A stretch of 39,881 bases of DNA, taken from contig NC_068992.1 of NCBI RefSeq assembly GCF_001194135.2, forward strand, positions 62,646,810 to 62,686,690, written 5' to 3'. The DNA is from Octopus bimaculoides (taxonomy: Eukaryota). The notes beneath the pieces were generated by a model. It made no database searches, had not been told where the DNA came from, and saw only the letters and a list, made by a program, of their open reading frames with translations. Shown here piece after piece: positions 1 to 11,609 of the stretch; position 1 is the stretch's first letter; each line of letters starts with the position of its first letter. A program made the position numbers and the translations under genes.

Positions 1-35
<35 letters not shown>

Positions 36-204
36 CATATGTACATAGAAATGATGAAGAGCGACCAAGGGAGGTAACTCCAAATATAGATAATCAAATG
101 TTTTCCATAAACACAGAGGAGAAATAAGTGTGGTGTTTCGCCTTTTTATTGTTGCATCATTTGAACAATTATATTGTATTCTGATAGACTCGTAATTTCT
201 TACG

Positions 205-400
205 TTGCTTTCTGTCGTTAGACTACGACCATGCGGGAGCATTACGTTGAAGAATTTTAGTCGAACAAATCGACAGCAGCACTTACGGTTTTACATTTTA
301 AGCCTTTTGCCCTACGGCTATGTTACGGTGACGTAAACGCACCAACACCGGTTGTCAAGCGGTGGTGGAGGACAAATACAGACACGAACACACACACACT
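205..400 (-). mobile_element. SINE family C (internal-microsatellite type), 3' half
   Basis: Reverse complement of the ...CGCTTGACAACCG...GGCGGTGCTCCAGCATGGCCGCAG body also seen at 14455-14612 and 35070-35264; runs into (CA)n. Confidence 0.75.
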
Positions 401-730
401 TATGTGTGTGTGTGTGTGTCTATCTTTTATAGACATGACAGACGTTCTACCATTGAACCAAAGATATCCTTTAAATTTCTGCGTTCATTTTAGAAACTTT
501 ATTTTTACCAGCGAGATTTGTTGTTTTAATGCGTCAGGAGGGAGCGCTGTGTTTCTGCGGGTCTTTCTAGTCTCTCTGATTGGCGGGAGTGAGTGAGACA
601 GGTACTATGAAAACATCATAGGAGGGGTGAGGTCTGAACCAAATGCTTGCAAAGGAAGTGAGTGGAACTGAGTTAACGGCGTTCAAGGACCAGGTAGTGG
701 TGGTGGTAATGTTAAACTGGGAGGTGGATT

Positions 731-990
731 AAGTCTACCACCGAAGTGGGCAACAGTGGGATTCGAACTCAGAATGCATATGATCGTAGCATATACTGCA
801 AAACCTCCAATTCATATTTACAATACTTCCGCCAGTCTATTACATTTGACTGTTTCCTTATTTATTGACCCTAGACGTAAAACAGTAAAAGCGACGTCAG
901 TGGGATTTGAAATCAAAGTGTATGGAGCAGACTAATGTACAGCATGGTATCTTGTCCAACGTTTTAACACTTCTGCTAATTCGCCGCCTG
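731..990 (-). mobile_element. Two degraded tRNA-SINE family A fragments
   Basis: GGATTCGAACTCAGAA and GGATTTGAAATC (reverse B box), and head remnants CCGCCAG and TCTGCTAATTCGCCGCC. Confidence 0.5.
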
Positions 991-1031
991 AAGATTTAAA
1001 CTTATTTGTGACTTCCCAAAGTGAAAATACC

Positions 1032-1150
1032 GACGTTGTAAGTAAAAACTACCTTCTCAATCAGGACGCTGTAAGTAACAACCAGCTCAGGACGTTGTAA
1101 GTAAGAATTACTCCTCAATCTGATGTCGCAACGTTGTAAGTAAAGACTAC
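1032..1150. repeat. Degenerate minisatellite, 4 copies of core ACGTTGTAAGTAA
   Basis: Cores start at 1033, 1066, 1092 and 1131 (one has a mismatch); the intervening segments are related (ACTACC.TCTCAATC). Confidence 0.8.
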
Positions 1151-1729
1151 CTCTATATTGTGTCATTTTCCTAAAGAACAACTTACTTTTCAAACGCTAC
1201 AGTTCAATGGTCGTTGTATTGAAAGTAATAATTAGAGAGCAAGAAGATAACAAGAAATACTGTGAAAACAAAAAAGCCACTGGAGCGAAACTCTAGCGAT
1301 TAATGGCCTCCGTATTTACCATGTCATAAAACATAAAGTTATATCGTATCATTACAAGCAGGCAAAGTAAGGTAGCAATATTTTCTACTAATGAAGCTCT
1401 TATTATTGTCTCCAGGATTGATTGATAAGTTCTAACTTATATAAAACTACAGACGTTTAATTGCAGCAGTCGTTAAAGAGTTGGTACTGTTTGGATCAAA
1501 ACTCTAGGAATAAGGTTTAGAGAATGCCCTCCAGGGGCCAGAACTGCGTAAAAATGGTTTCTGATTTTGTCATAAAGCCAGTATTGAGCTTGGTGAAACT
1601 TAAACTATGAACGTAGAGTAGAGGAACAAATAATGTAAAGCACATTTTTCTGAGGTGTAACGATTCTGTCAATCTCCAACTCCGCATATTTTATTTAAAA
1701 ATTACTTCTAATTGAAGCACCGCAGCAGA

Positions 1730-2045
1730 TTTGTGGGGAAAAGAGTAATCAACCTCAATAGTAGACTGGTACTTCATTTATCGATACCGGGAAAATGAAA
1801 AAGAAATTAAGCCTCATGGGTATTTGAACGCAGAAGATAAAGAGCCAACTCAAATAGTGAAGATCTTAAAATTTTCTAACGATTCCGCTAATCGATTACC
1901 CTACGCCTTTAAGCACAAGACCAGCTATTTTGAGGAAAAACCCCCAGCATTTGACTGGTACTTCGAAATGATGAAAGGCTAAGTTGACACCGGCAAAATT
2001 TGAACTCAGAACGAGGAGGTCTGGAACAAACCACTTTTTATTCCA
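1730..2045 (-). mobile_element. Two degraded family A SINEs
   Basis: ACTGGTACTT motif, TTTGAAC(G/T)CAGAA reverse B box, CTAACGATTCCGC head remnant. Confidence 0.55.
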
Positions 2046-2104
2046 ACACCTTACCGGTACTATTAATCAAAGACCCGGACACCTTTTATAATTTATTGTT
2101 TCTA

Positions 2105-2313
2105 ACTTTGGGGGAAAGGCCAGCGATTTTGCAGGGAGAGGCAATTCGATTACTAGGACCCCAGTACTTATCTGCTACTTTATTTTATCGACCCCATAAG
2201 GATCAAAAGAAAAATTGTCCTCTCAGGAATTTCAGCTTAGCACATAAACAATCGGAAGAAATGTCGCTAAGCATTTCTCAACGCATTCACAACTCTGCCA
2301 ATTCCTCGCCTTA
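2105..2313 (-). mobile_element. tRNA-derived SINE family A
   Basis: TTATCGACCCC...CTAAGCATTTC...CTCTGCCAATTCCTCGCCTT, the reverse complement of the family A body and head. Confidence 0.7.
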
Positions 2314-2334
2314 AACCTTTTCCTTAATAATGGA

Positions 2335-2552
2335 TCCAAATTCAAATTTTGGCACAAACCAAGCAGTTACTGAGAGGAGGGTATAAGTCAATTACATCAA
2401 CCCCAGTGCGAAACTGGTACTTATTTTATCGACCTCGAAAGATGAAACGCAAGGTCGACCATGGTCGCATTTGAACCCAGAAGGTAAAGACGGACGATAT
2501 AACGCAAAGAACTTTGCCCGGCGGGCTAACAACCCTGCTAGCTCACTGTTTA
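2335..2552 (-). mobile_element. tRNA-derived SINE family A
   Basis: ACTGGTACTTATTTTATCGACC, GGTCGACC, TTTGAACCCAGAA, CCCGGCGGGCTAAC. Confidence 0.8.
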
Positions 2553-2577
2553 AACCTTTCAATAATAAGCCTTTCAA

Positions 2578-2778
2578 CTATAGGCATAAGGTCTGAAATT
2601 TGGGGGAAGGGGAAAGTCGATTATGTCGACTCCAGTGCATGACTGGTACTTCTTTTATCGACCCCGAAAGGATTAAAAGCAAAGTCTACCTTGGCGGAAT
2701 TTGAAATCGGAAAGTAAAACCGGACGAAATACCGGTATTTCGCCTGACCTGCTTACAATTCTGCCACCTCACCGCCTT
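2578..2778 (-). mobile_element. tRNA-derived SINE family A
   Basis: Near full length: tail GGCATAAGGTCTGAAATT, ATCGACCCCGAAAGGA, GGCGGAATTTGAA, TTCTGCCACCTCACCGCCTT. Confidence 0.85.
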
Positions 2779-2805
2779 CTACCTTTCATTAATAACCCTT
2801 TCTAC

Positions 2806-2989
2806 TCTAGGCACAAAGCCCAAATTTTCTTTTTTTTTGGGGGGGGGGGGAATAGTCGATTACATCGACCCCGAAAGGATCAAAGGCAAAGTCGACCTCC
2901 GTGGAATTTGAACTCAGAACGTAAAGACGGACGAAATGCCACTAAGCATTTCGCCTGGCGTGCTTACGATTCTGCCATCTCACCGCCTT
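2806..2989 (-). mobile_element. tRNA-derived SINE family A with internal deletion
   Basis: GGCAAAGTCGACCTCCGTGGAATTTGAACTCAGAACG and head TTCTGCCATCTCACCGCCTT; lacks the ACTGGTACTT segment. Confidence 0.85.
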
Positions 2990-3354
2990 CTATCTTCCAT
3001 TAATAATGACACCTAATAAGACCGTTAATTTATCCGTTGTGTTTCGTTTCTAGTTTATTACTTGAAAGTGTATGGTCACAAGTAAATGATCCGTTACATA
3101 GCTAGCAAACTGTCGTCTGCGTACGAAACCGTGAAATTCAAATTACGGTCGTAAGTCGAAAATTGGACTCATAATAAAATGGTGGCCAGTATATATGAAG
3201 CAGAACGTTTATATTTATATGTTTTTGCACAATGATCGATTAGATTTCCGGTTAACAAGTGATTTCGTGTGACGAATGCTTTGGAAGGTTGCCCATGATT
3301 TCCGACAATACTACTTTGTCAGTATTGCTTCAATTGTTTCTGTGAATTGGTATG

Positions 3355-3590
3355 GTTTAGTATGGTTGACATGACTATCAGATTTAAATAAGTTCACGCC
3401 AGAACCACGGTGTGGACTCCAGGATCGGTTTCCCTGCGTGGAATCTCAGGCAAGTGTTTTTTACTTTAAATTTGAATAGACTCAATCCTTGTGAAGGAAA
3501 CTGGATAAGGTTTGTACGAGACGCAAAAGTTTCTTCCAGTTCACCAGCTTAATCGTGTCACGCCGTAGTCCCACTATAACGGGAATATGC
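3355..3590 (+). mobile_element. Old, degraded SINE-like repeat (CORE-like motif)
   Basis: tRNA-like start followed by CTCAGGCAAGTGTTTT and CCTTGTGAAGGAAACTGG, resembling family C head motifs. Confidence 0.3.
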
Positions 3591-3812
3591 TAAATGTCAA
3601 TGAACAACACAAATAGAAGAAGATGTTGCTGCTTTTGTCCAGTACTTTGCTTGTCCACTATTCTTGAACTGTATATACAACTATTATCCATTTTATGCTC
3701 TGGGGCCCAGGTTGAAGGTGAAGCTAGACATAAGGTCCCAGGTGTGAGAAGGTAGGTTAAATCTTTTATTAGTATTCGTATCCAATTCAGCAGAAGGGCA
3801 GCAATACCACAC

Positions 3813-3989
3813 AAGGGATAAATCGATTACATCGACCCTAGCACTCACATCGTACTCTATTCTATCAACCGCGAAAAGATAAAAGGCAAAGTTTCATTGG
3901 CGGGATTTGAACGCAGGACGTAAAAAGCCAGAAGAAATACTACTAAGTATTTTGTCCGATATGCTAACGGTTCTGCTATCTCATCGCCT
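3813..3989 (-). mobile_element. tRNA-derived SINE family A
   Basis: TCGATTACATCGACCC, AAAGGCAAAG, GGATTTGAACGCAGGACG, GCTAACGGTTCTGC. Confidence 0.8.
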
Positions 3990-4304
3990 AAATAAGGGCT
4001 GGCAGAATCGTTAGCACGCCCTTAGCATGATCCACTAGATCAGTGTTTCCCAAGCTATCCCGCCTCAGGCCCTTCTATAACTTTCTAGAAAAATATATGC
4101 CCCACTGATGATTGGAAGCAAAAAACAACCTTATTTTTAATAATTTATGAATTATTTAACATGAAAGAACCTACCGGTAACTCTTTTATTGAGAATTGAG
4201 TAAAAAAAAAATACTTTATTGACTAAGAAAAAAAAGTGAATCACTTGAATGAGAAAATTAAAAAAATAAACAATAAGCATTTGAGTATTTGAAGTCAGGT
4301 TATT

Positions 4305-4385
4305 CGATTAAGTCCTTCGGGGCGGTGCCCTCGTATGGCTGCAGTCCAAGGACAGCGTTAAACAGGTAAATCATAAAAGGTGAAA
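4305..4385 (+). mobile_element. SINE family C 3' end fragment
   Basis: GGCGGTGCCCTCGTATGGCTGCAGTCCAA...AAACAGGTAAA matches the family C tail. Confidence 0.55.
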
Positions 4386-4691
4386 GATAACTAGATGTAA
4401 ATAAAGACTGAGTGGCCACCACTGGAAAGTCTTCATAATCTGCTTGTTCAGTGTAAATTGCGATTAAACACCACAGCAACAACAGCAATAATGGAAACAA
4501 TAAAAATTAAAATAATTGGCGAACGAGAGAGTAGTCACTAATTGGTTCCTTTTACTGCTAGTCGGCCCCTTTTATTACTAGTATACAGGAGGCAGGTCTA
4601 CCGTTTTTGTTTTCTGTTTTAATGACATATTATTGAATGTTATCCGGAGTACGTTATGCTTGAAAAATACAAAATGGTGTGTACAAGGTAA

Positions 4692-5015
4692 GAGCACTCC
4701 GTCGGTTATGACGACGAGGGTCCCAGCTGACACGATCAACGGAACAGACTACTCGTGAAATTAACGTGCAAGTGGCTGAGCACTCCACAGACACGTGTAC
4801 CCTTCTCGTAGCTCTCGGGGAGATTCAGCGTGACACAGAGTGTGACAAGGCTGGCCCTTTGAAATACAGGTACTACTCATTTTTGGCAGCTGAGTGGACT
4901 GGAGCAACGTGAAATAAAGTGTCTTGCTCAAGGACACAACGCGTCGCTGGGAATTGAAGTCACGACTTTACGATCGTGAGCCGAAAGCCCTAACCACTAA
5001 GCCACTCGCCTTCAC
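4692..5015 (-). mobile_element. tRNA-derived SINE family B (CORE-like), full length
   Basis: Minus strand reads GTGAAGGCGAGTGGCTTAGTGGTTAGGGC (A box), GACTTCAATTCCC (B box), then GTGTCCTTGAGCAAGACACTT, similar to the CORE-SINE motif GTGACCTTGGGCAAGTCACTT. Confidence 0.88.
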
Positions 5016-5049
5016 GTATTCAAGGAACAAATGCTGTTATTTTAAGCCT

Positions 5050-5455
5050 GAGAATGGAGCGAACAGGCAAAAATTTGTTAGCTTTCTTTACGTTGTGAGT
5101 TAAAACTCCGCTAGTGGTGCCGACTCTGCAAGAAAAAGGGGTCGATAAAATGAGTACCAGTTGAACAGTGGGGTTCATGAAATCGATTTCCTTCTACCCT
5201 AGGATGGCTGGCCTTCTGCCAAATCTTGAAACCATTTTTGAGGTAGCAGAATCTTTAACACACCGAACAGAATTCTTCCGACTATTTACGTTCTGATTTT
5301 GAATTTCATCGGGGTCGGCATTGCTTTTCATCTTTTCGGAGTCGATAAAATAAATAGCAGTCAAGTTTTGAGGTCCCTGAAATCGATTAGAACCCCCCCC
5401 CCCAAAAAAAAAACGAGAATTTCAGGTCTTGCGCCTGTATTAAAATGGATTACAC
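5050..5455 (+). mobile_element. Two tandem family A SINEs (5050-5234, 5243-5455)
   Basis: GGGGTCGATAAAATGAGTACCAG and CGGAGTCGATAAAATAAATAGCAG; tails GCTGGCCTTCTGCCAAATCTTGAAACC and TTTCAGGTCTTGCGCC. Confidence 0.7.
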
Positions 5456-5780
5456 CATGAATGATTGGAGCTAGGAAATATGCTGAACAAGAGCTGCAAT
5501 GACAAGAACAGCAACAACAATAACAACAAAAATTATAATTAGAGTTTGTGTATCAAATACGAACCGAAAAGTTCACGAAATCTCAAGTTTTTCTTCACTT
5601 CTTCGGTTGCACTAATGTTGCGTATGATTTATTACCGAGAGAACGTTCTAGATTTAAATCGATGTCATGACATCACAATTAATCTAACAGCTGGAGTTAT
5701 ATTTCATATTGTTGATGGCGGAGAATCTCAATTATAAATGTCTTACCATTATTAAATATGAATTAAATAACTTGTAGACA

Positions 5781-5790
5781 TCTCTCTCTC

Positions 5791-5827
<37 letters not shown>

Positions 5828-5837
5828 NNNNNNNNNN

Positions 5838-5877
<40 letters not shown>

Positions 5878-6184
5878 CTCTCTCCCTGCCCTCTCTCTCT
5901 CCCTCTCTCTTTTACTTCTACTCTTTTTCTCAGTCTGTCCTCCCTCACTTTTCTCTCCCTCTCTCACTCTTTCGTTGATATAATTATCTCTCAGTATATC
6001 CATTCATATATCTATCTATTTACCTATCAATTTACCATCTGTGTCACACTCCCTCCTCTCTCTCCCTATACATACATGCGTATATATGTATACATACATA
6101 CACTACACACACACACACACATACATGTCTGTGTATATGTGTATACGTGTATGTATGTATATATATTTATATATATACATACAT

Positions 6185-6241
<57 letters not shown>
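5781..6241. repeat. (CT)n, (CA)n and (TA)n microsatellite field
   Basis: Direct inspection; includes a 10-N gap. Confidence 0.95.
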
Positions 6242-6245
<4 letters not shown>

Positions 6246-6360
6246 GTGATTTAGTCCTTTGAAATATTATCCTCTTGATAATGGACACGAAATTGATATA
6301 ATTCGTAAATTATTAAGATCTATAAAGAATATGATACACAGTAAAATTATTACCATTCCG

Positions 6361-6547
6361 TAAGGCAACGAACTAATAGAATGGTTAGCCAATCGGACAA
6401 AAATGTTTAGCGACATTTCTTCCAGCTCTGAGTTCGAATTCAACATTCGGGGTCGATAAAATAGATACCGGATGGACACTGGGGCTGACGTCTTTGACTA
6501 GTCCTTCTTTAAATTTGCTGGCCATGTGCTTATTCTTCAAACCATTA
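6361..6547 (+). mobile_element. tRNA-derived SINE family A
   Basis: TAAGGCAACGAAC head, CTGAGTTCGAATTC B box, TTCGGGGTCGATAAAA, GCTGGCC tail. Confidence 0.75.
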
Positions 6548-6802
6548 ACTAGAATTCCGTGTTGTGTTCTATATTGGTTCGTTCTTGGATTGTTCCAGTG
6601 GCGTACCGGTTCCTCGTTGATCTCTTTTCTTCATTGAGAATGTTTTGAAAATTCCCTAATTCAACAGTTTTCAATGTTTGGGAAAAGAATTATGTGACTG
6701 GTAACATACTTTCTTTGTTATGACGCAACGTAGAACATTCGAAAACAGAGAGAGAGAGAAACAACCTGTTCGAAAGTACGACTAACGTATTCTGAAGCAA
6801 AT

Positions 6803-6890
6803 AATAATAATGGTCTCAATTTTTGCACAAGGCAAGCAATTTGGGGCAGGCGCAAATCGATTACATCGACACCAGTTCTCAACTGGTATT
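6803..6890 (-). mobile_element. Family A SINE 3' part
   Basis: TTTTGCACAAGGCAAGCAATTT...TCGATTACATCGACACCAG...AACTGGTA. Confidence 0.7.
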
Positions 6891-7669
6891 TTGGGCTACA
6901 GCAAATATTCTACTCAATACCACAGGTTTGCTTGTCAGTTGTTAGACGTCAACCAGTTGAGAATATCCTTTTGTGGCTGACGATATGTGCATCTTTGATC
7001 ACGAGCAGAAGTAGTAGAGAAGCATCATAGCCATGTATTGCGACGGATGTTTTAGGGTTTGGATAATTCACCCCTGGAAACATGTGTGTTTTGTTCATCT
7101 TTCCGAAACAACCCGTATTCAGGAACTTTTGAGTGGTATAGGCTACTCGGCCTGAAAAAATTCTATGAATATATTGCCATATAAGTATTTTTATTTTTAT
7201 GCCGGAAGGTTTGTGGTAATAGAATGATTGAGCTGCTATTTCTAGGAGGTCTTTTAAGCTTTTTTATTGGCCCATCCACCAGATATATTTGTTTCGTTAT
7301 CGTTTTGTTATTTTAGCTGCAGGTAGGACAATATATGGTGAGGAAGAGGTGAGTCAGTCTATGGTAACGACGATGAAGGGGTGACCATCCCATTTAATTT
7401 TCTACTTACGATAACATTCCCTATTGTAAAAATCATTTGATTGCTATTTCTAGGAAGGCGAGCAACCACATAGCGACTCAGGCATATTCTTATCATTACA
7501 ACAGCTTCTTGTCTTAAGAGCTGGTTACTTCCACCATACACCTTGGCTAACATTATCAAAAGCCGATTATGTAAAACTCCTGTTCCTGTTTAAAAGAGAG
7601 GAATAACTAGGATCACCACTGTGTCTCACATGCAAGCAGACATTAATGAGTCAGTAAAGGTTACACATT

Positions 7670-7850
7670 ATACTAGAAACAGCAGCCAAATCTCTCACAA
7701 GTCTCGTTCGGAAGTTTTACAAACAAGAAAAAAGTGAAGCTTTTAGAAAGATATGAAAAGATATCTCACTTTCTGTAAGCCAAGGCAAAAAGAAACCTAA
7801 AAAATCGGGATGATCACGGTTGGAATTCCTTTCGTATTAGGAACTCACGA
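7670..7850 (+). repeat. Old unclassified interspersed repeat
   Basis: Motif CTAGA(A/G)A(C/T)(A/G)GCAGC recurs with similar context at about 20725 and 26240. Confidence 0.35.
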
Positions 7851-8139
7851 ACAATAATGACCAAAATCTGGCACCAGTACCATAAGCGGCCAAGACTTCG
7901 GCAAAACAATGGTAGAGAAAGAGAATTGGAATTCCCAGTTTAAAGGATAACCACGCGCCGCACATGGAGGATACTACAATAATCCAACTGAAAAGAAAGA
8001 CGTACCGAAATCAATAGCTTTGTAACTATTAGCCTGATCGAAGCAAGGGGCTAAGATCTACCAATTCTAAATACATGAGAAGAACATAATCAATAGAATT
8101 AATTTGACGTGGGTATATATTTATCATTGATTAATTGCA

Positions 8140-8817
8140 ATCGATTACAGATATGTATATATACGTATGTGTGTGTGTATGTGTGTGAGTGTGTACATAC
8201 ATATGTACAAGCAGTCATGTATCATAAAAGGTATATGAAATCTAATAAACACACACATGAACACAACAGCGCACTCACACATATACATACACATACAAAC
8301 ACACATAATTACCACTGTGTTAATATCCAGTGATTGTTCTCTGTATAAGCCGATATATCATCGTTAATGTACTACTGAAAGGTAGGTGTATATATATATC
8401 TATATAATTATATATATATNNNNNNNNNNNNNNNNNNNNNNNNNNNNNNNNNNNNNNNNNNNNNNNNNNNNNNNNNNNNNNNNNNNNNNNNNNNNNNNNN
8501 NNNNNNNNNNNNNNNNNNNNNNNNNNNNNNNNNNNNNNNNNNNNNNNNNNNNNNNNNNNNNNNNNNNNNNNNNNNNNNNNNNNNNNNNNNNNNNNNNNNN
8601 NNNNNNNATATATAGAGAGAGAGAGAGAGAGAAATAGATGTATATATAAATATATATATATATATATATTTTTGTATGTGTGTATATGTGTGTGTGTATG
8701 TACGTATAACATATACATGTGAGATAGTTTGTGCTGGTCATGTGTGTATGTTTATACACACGTATACGTAAATATTGGTAAATATATGTAGATTAGAACA
8801 AGGTACATTATACATAC

Positions 8818-8864
<47 letters not shown>

Positions 8865-9231
8865 CACGGAATATGTGCATATGCGCAGAGGTGTGTGTTT
8901 CTCAATATACAAATATGTATTATAACATATTAACATAGCAACATCTAGTTATTTAACTGTCAATTAATATACATACATATATACACAGACATGTAGATAT
9001 AAATAGATAGATACACGAATAAATAGGATGATACACACACACGCACACGCACACGCACACATATATATATATGTACATATATATATACACACACAAACAT
9101 ATATATGTATGTATGTGTGTGTGTGTGTGTAAAGAGATACATTGATGGACTGATAAATATAAAGAGAGTTTTGATATATATATGTGTGTGTATATGCGTC
9201 TGTGTATTACATATATATATACACACGTAAT

Positions 9232-9300
<69 letters not shown>

Positions 9301-9665
9301 ATTTGCCTTCATATATATCTATATAACATCATATCGGTATTGTAGGTCTCATTACGAAAGATTTATAGCTGAACACCACGATGACAAGAAAAGGTAAAAC
9401 GATATATACACATACATATAGTTTTGAGATTATATATATGTATACACACACACACTCACAATCACTCATATGAACATACACACATACATGCACATACACA
9501 AACACGCATTCTCACACACATACATACACGCATACTTACATACATATATACACATAAATATGTTTATAAATCTATATATGTATAAGTAATTGTTTATATA
9601 TGCATACGTATATATATACATACACCCACGTACACATATATAAATTTATATTCATACATATAGAA

Positions 9666-9701
<36 letters not shown>

Positions 9702-9738
9702 GCACATATATGCATAAATATATATTATATATTATATA

Positions 9739-9778
<40 letters not shown>

Positions 9779-9800
9779 TATACATACATATTGGATATAG
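8140..9800. repeat. Compound (TA)/(CA)/(TACA) microsatellite field
   Basis: Direct inspection; contains an N-gap and small unique islands. Confidence 0.9.
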
Positions 9801-11609
9801 GTACACACATACATATGTGGATATAGATGCACTTGCGCGCGCACGGTGAATGAGATGTAGTTATGGAAAGGAAGGTGTGTCTTGGGACATCAAAGTTAGC
9901 CCTATCCACTAATGAATGATTTCAACATAGAAAACGTCATTGATGTAGAAATAGGCTCTTTGAGAGATATGGCCTGTACCAATTCGTCAAGATTATTTCT
10001 TTAGCTCATTTCTAGTAACAAATGATTTACATGACTGCTCTGTTGGCTTTGCACTTTCTCTCCCTCTTTCTCGATATATGTGTGTGTGTACGTGTGTGTG
10101 TGTACGTATATGTGTGTGTATATATATATAATATTANNNNNNNNNNNNNNNNNNNNNNNNNNNNNNNNNNNNNNNNNNNNNNNNNNNNNNNNNNNNNNNN
10201 NNNNNNNNNNNNNNNNNNNNNNNNNNNNNNNNNNNNNNNNNNNNNNNNNNNNNNNNNNNNNNNNNNNNNNNNNNNNNNNNNNNNNNNNNNNNNNNNNNNN
10301 NNNNNNNNNNNNNNNNNNNNNNNNNNNNNNNNNNNNNNNNNNNNNNNNNNNNNNNNNNNNNNNNNNNNNNNNNNNNNNNNNNNNNNNNNNNNNNNNNNNN
10401 NNNNNNNNNNNNNNNNNNNNNNNNNNNNNNNNNNNNNNNNNNNNNNNNNNNNNNNNNNNNNNNNNNNNNNNNNNNNNNNNNNNNNNNNNNNNNNNNNNNN
10501 NNNNNNNNNNNNNNNNNNNNNNNNNNNNNNNNNNNNNNNNNNNNNNNNNNNNNNNNNNNNNNNNNNNNNNNNNNNNNNNNNNNNNNNNNNNNNNNNNNNN
10601 NNNNNNNNNNNNNNNNNNNNNNNNNNNNNNNNNNNNNNNNNNNNNNNNNNNNNNNNNNNNNNNNNNNNNNNNNNNNNNNNNNNNNNNNNNNNNNNNNNNN
10701 NNNNNNACATATAAGTGACAATAATGTTTCCTTTTATTGGCAGAAAACCGATAATATGAACGCTTGGTCATCATAATTGAACCGATATTTATCCATAGAT
10801 GGAGAAACAAACATAACGAGACTCCAGTATGTTTTGAGCACAGAACTTAGCAACCGATGGAATTTTGCATATGTTTTATCTGGTATTACCTGGTATTTCT
10901 ATAAAATTATTAATTTTCATTAATACTAGGGCAATTTCTAGTATCATACCTATACTGACTGCAAGTGCGTTAGGCATATAGGTTTAATACTTCACTACAA
11001 GTATCTTACTTAAATAGGTGAGTATAGAATTCTGCAGGTTAAATTTGTATTTTGGGTGGAGATTTAGTATTCCAGAATTAGTTTCAAAAAGAAAGGGTTA
11101 AGCAGGACCCAAGCGTTTGCAACCAGCGGTGTATAACATCCTCTGATGATTTGGGTGATGGAGTGTTACGATGAGATATATATATATATATATAATGTAA
11201 GAGAGTTAGGGGTTGATGCTTCAACCCACTAAGGGATAGTATCTATCCAATATACTGCTGGGAGGGTACCCACTTATTGTTACACTAGTGTTATACCAAG
11301 TGCAATAAGTGGGTGCTGGTAAAAGGGGGTTATTTTACCCTACATTTATATAGCAATAAGAAAATGGAGGAGAATATGCGGTATCCATCGACTTGCAGAC
11401 AATGTATTCCGTTGATTAATTTGTTTATTTTATAACTACAATGGCAAAAAACACAATATACAGATGCTTATGACATACGTGTCTCCTTATTTGGATTATA
11501 CTTATACGTACACGCATACATACATCTTACTCTCTCTCTCTCCTTCTCTTTCTCTCTCTCTTGCAGATATACGCATATATGCATACATATATATATATAT
11601 ATATCTTTT

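Noticed and set aside
1032-1150. CRISPR-like repeat-spacer appearance
   Set aside because: The core is only 13 nt, spacers are related to each other, there are no cas genes, and the context is eukaryotic.
2000-3003. ORFs of 61-104 aa
   Set aside because: They lie entirely within SINE copies.
4692-5015. tRNA gene-like A and B boxes here and in family A heads
   Set aside because: They are SINE heads continuing into SINE bodies; no complete cloverleaf.
6891-7170. Segment that resembles a common interspersed repeat from memory
   Set aside because: No second copy or diagnostic motif in this window, so it cannot be supported or classified.
10830-11160. Minus frame containing RTCSQYRYDTRNCP, vaguely like a gag/ORF1 zinc knuckle
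   Set aside because: Does not match CX2CX4HX4C and has many stops.
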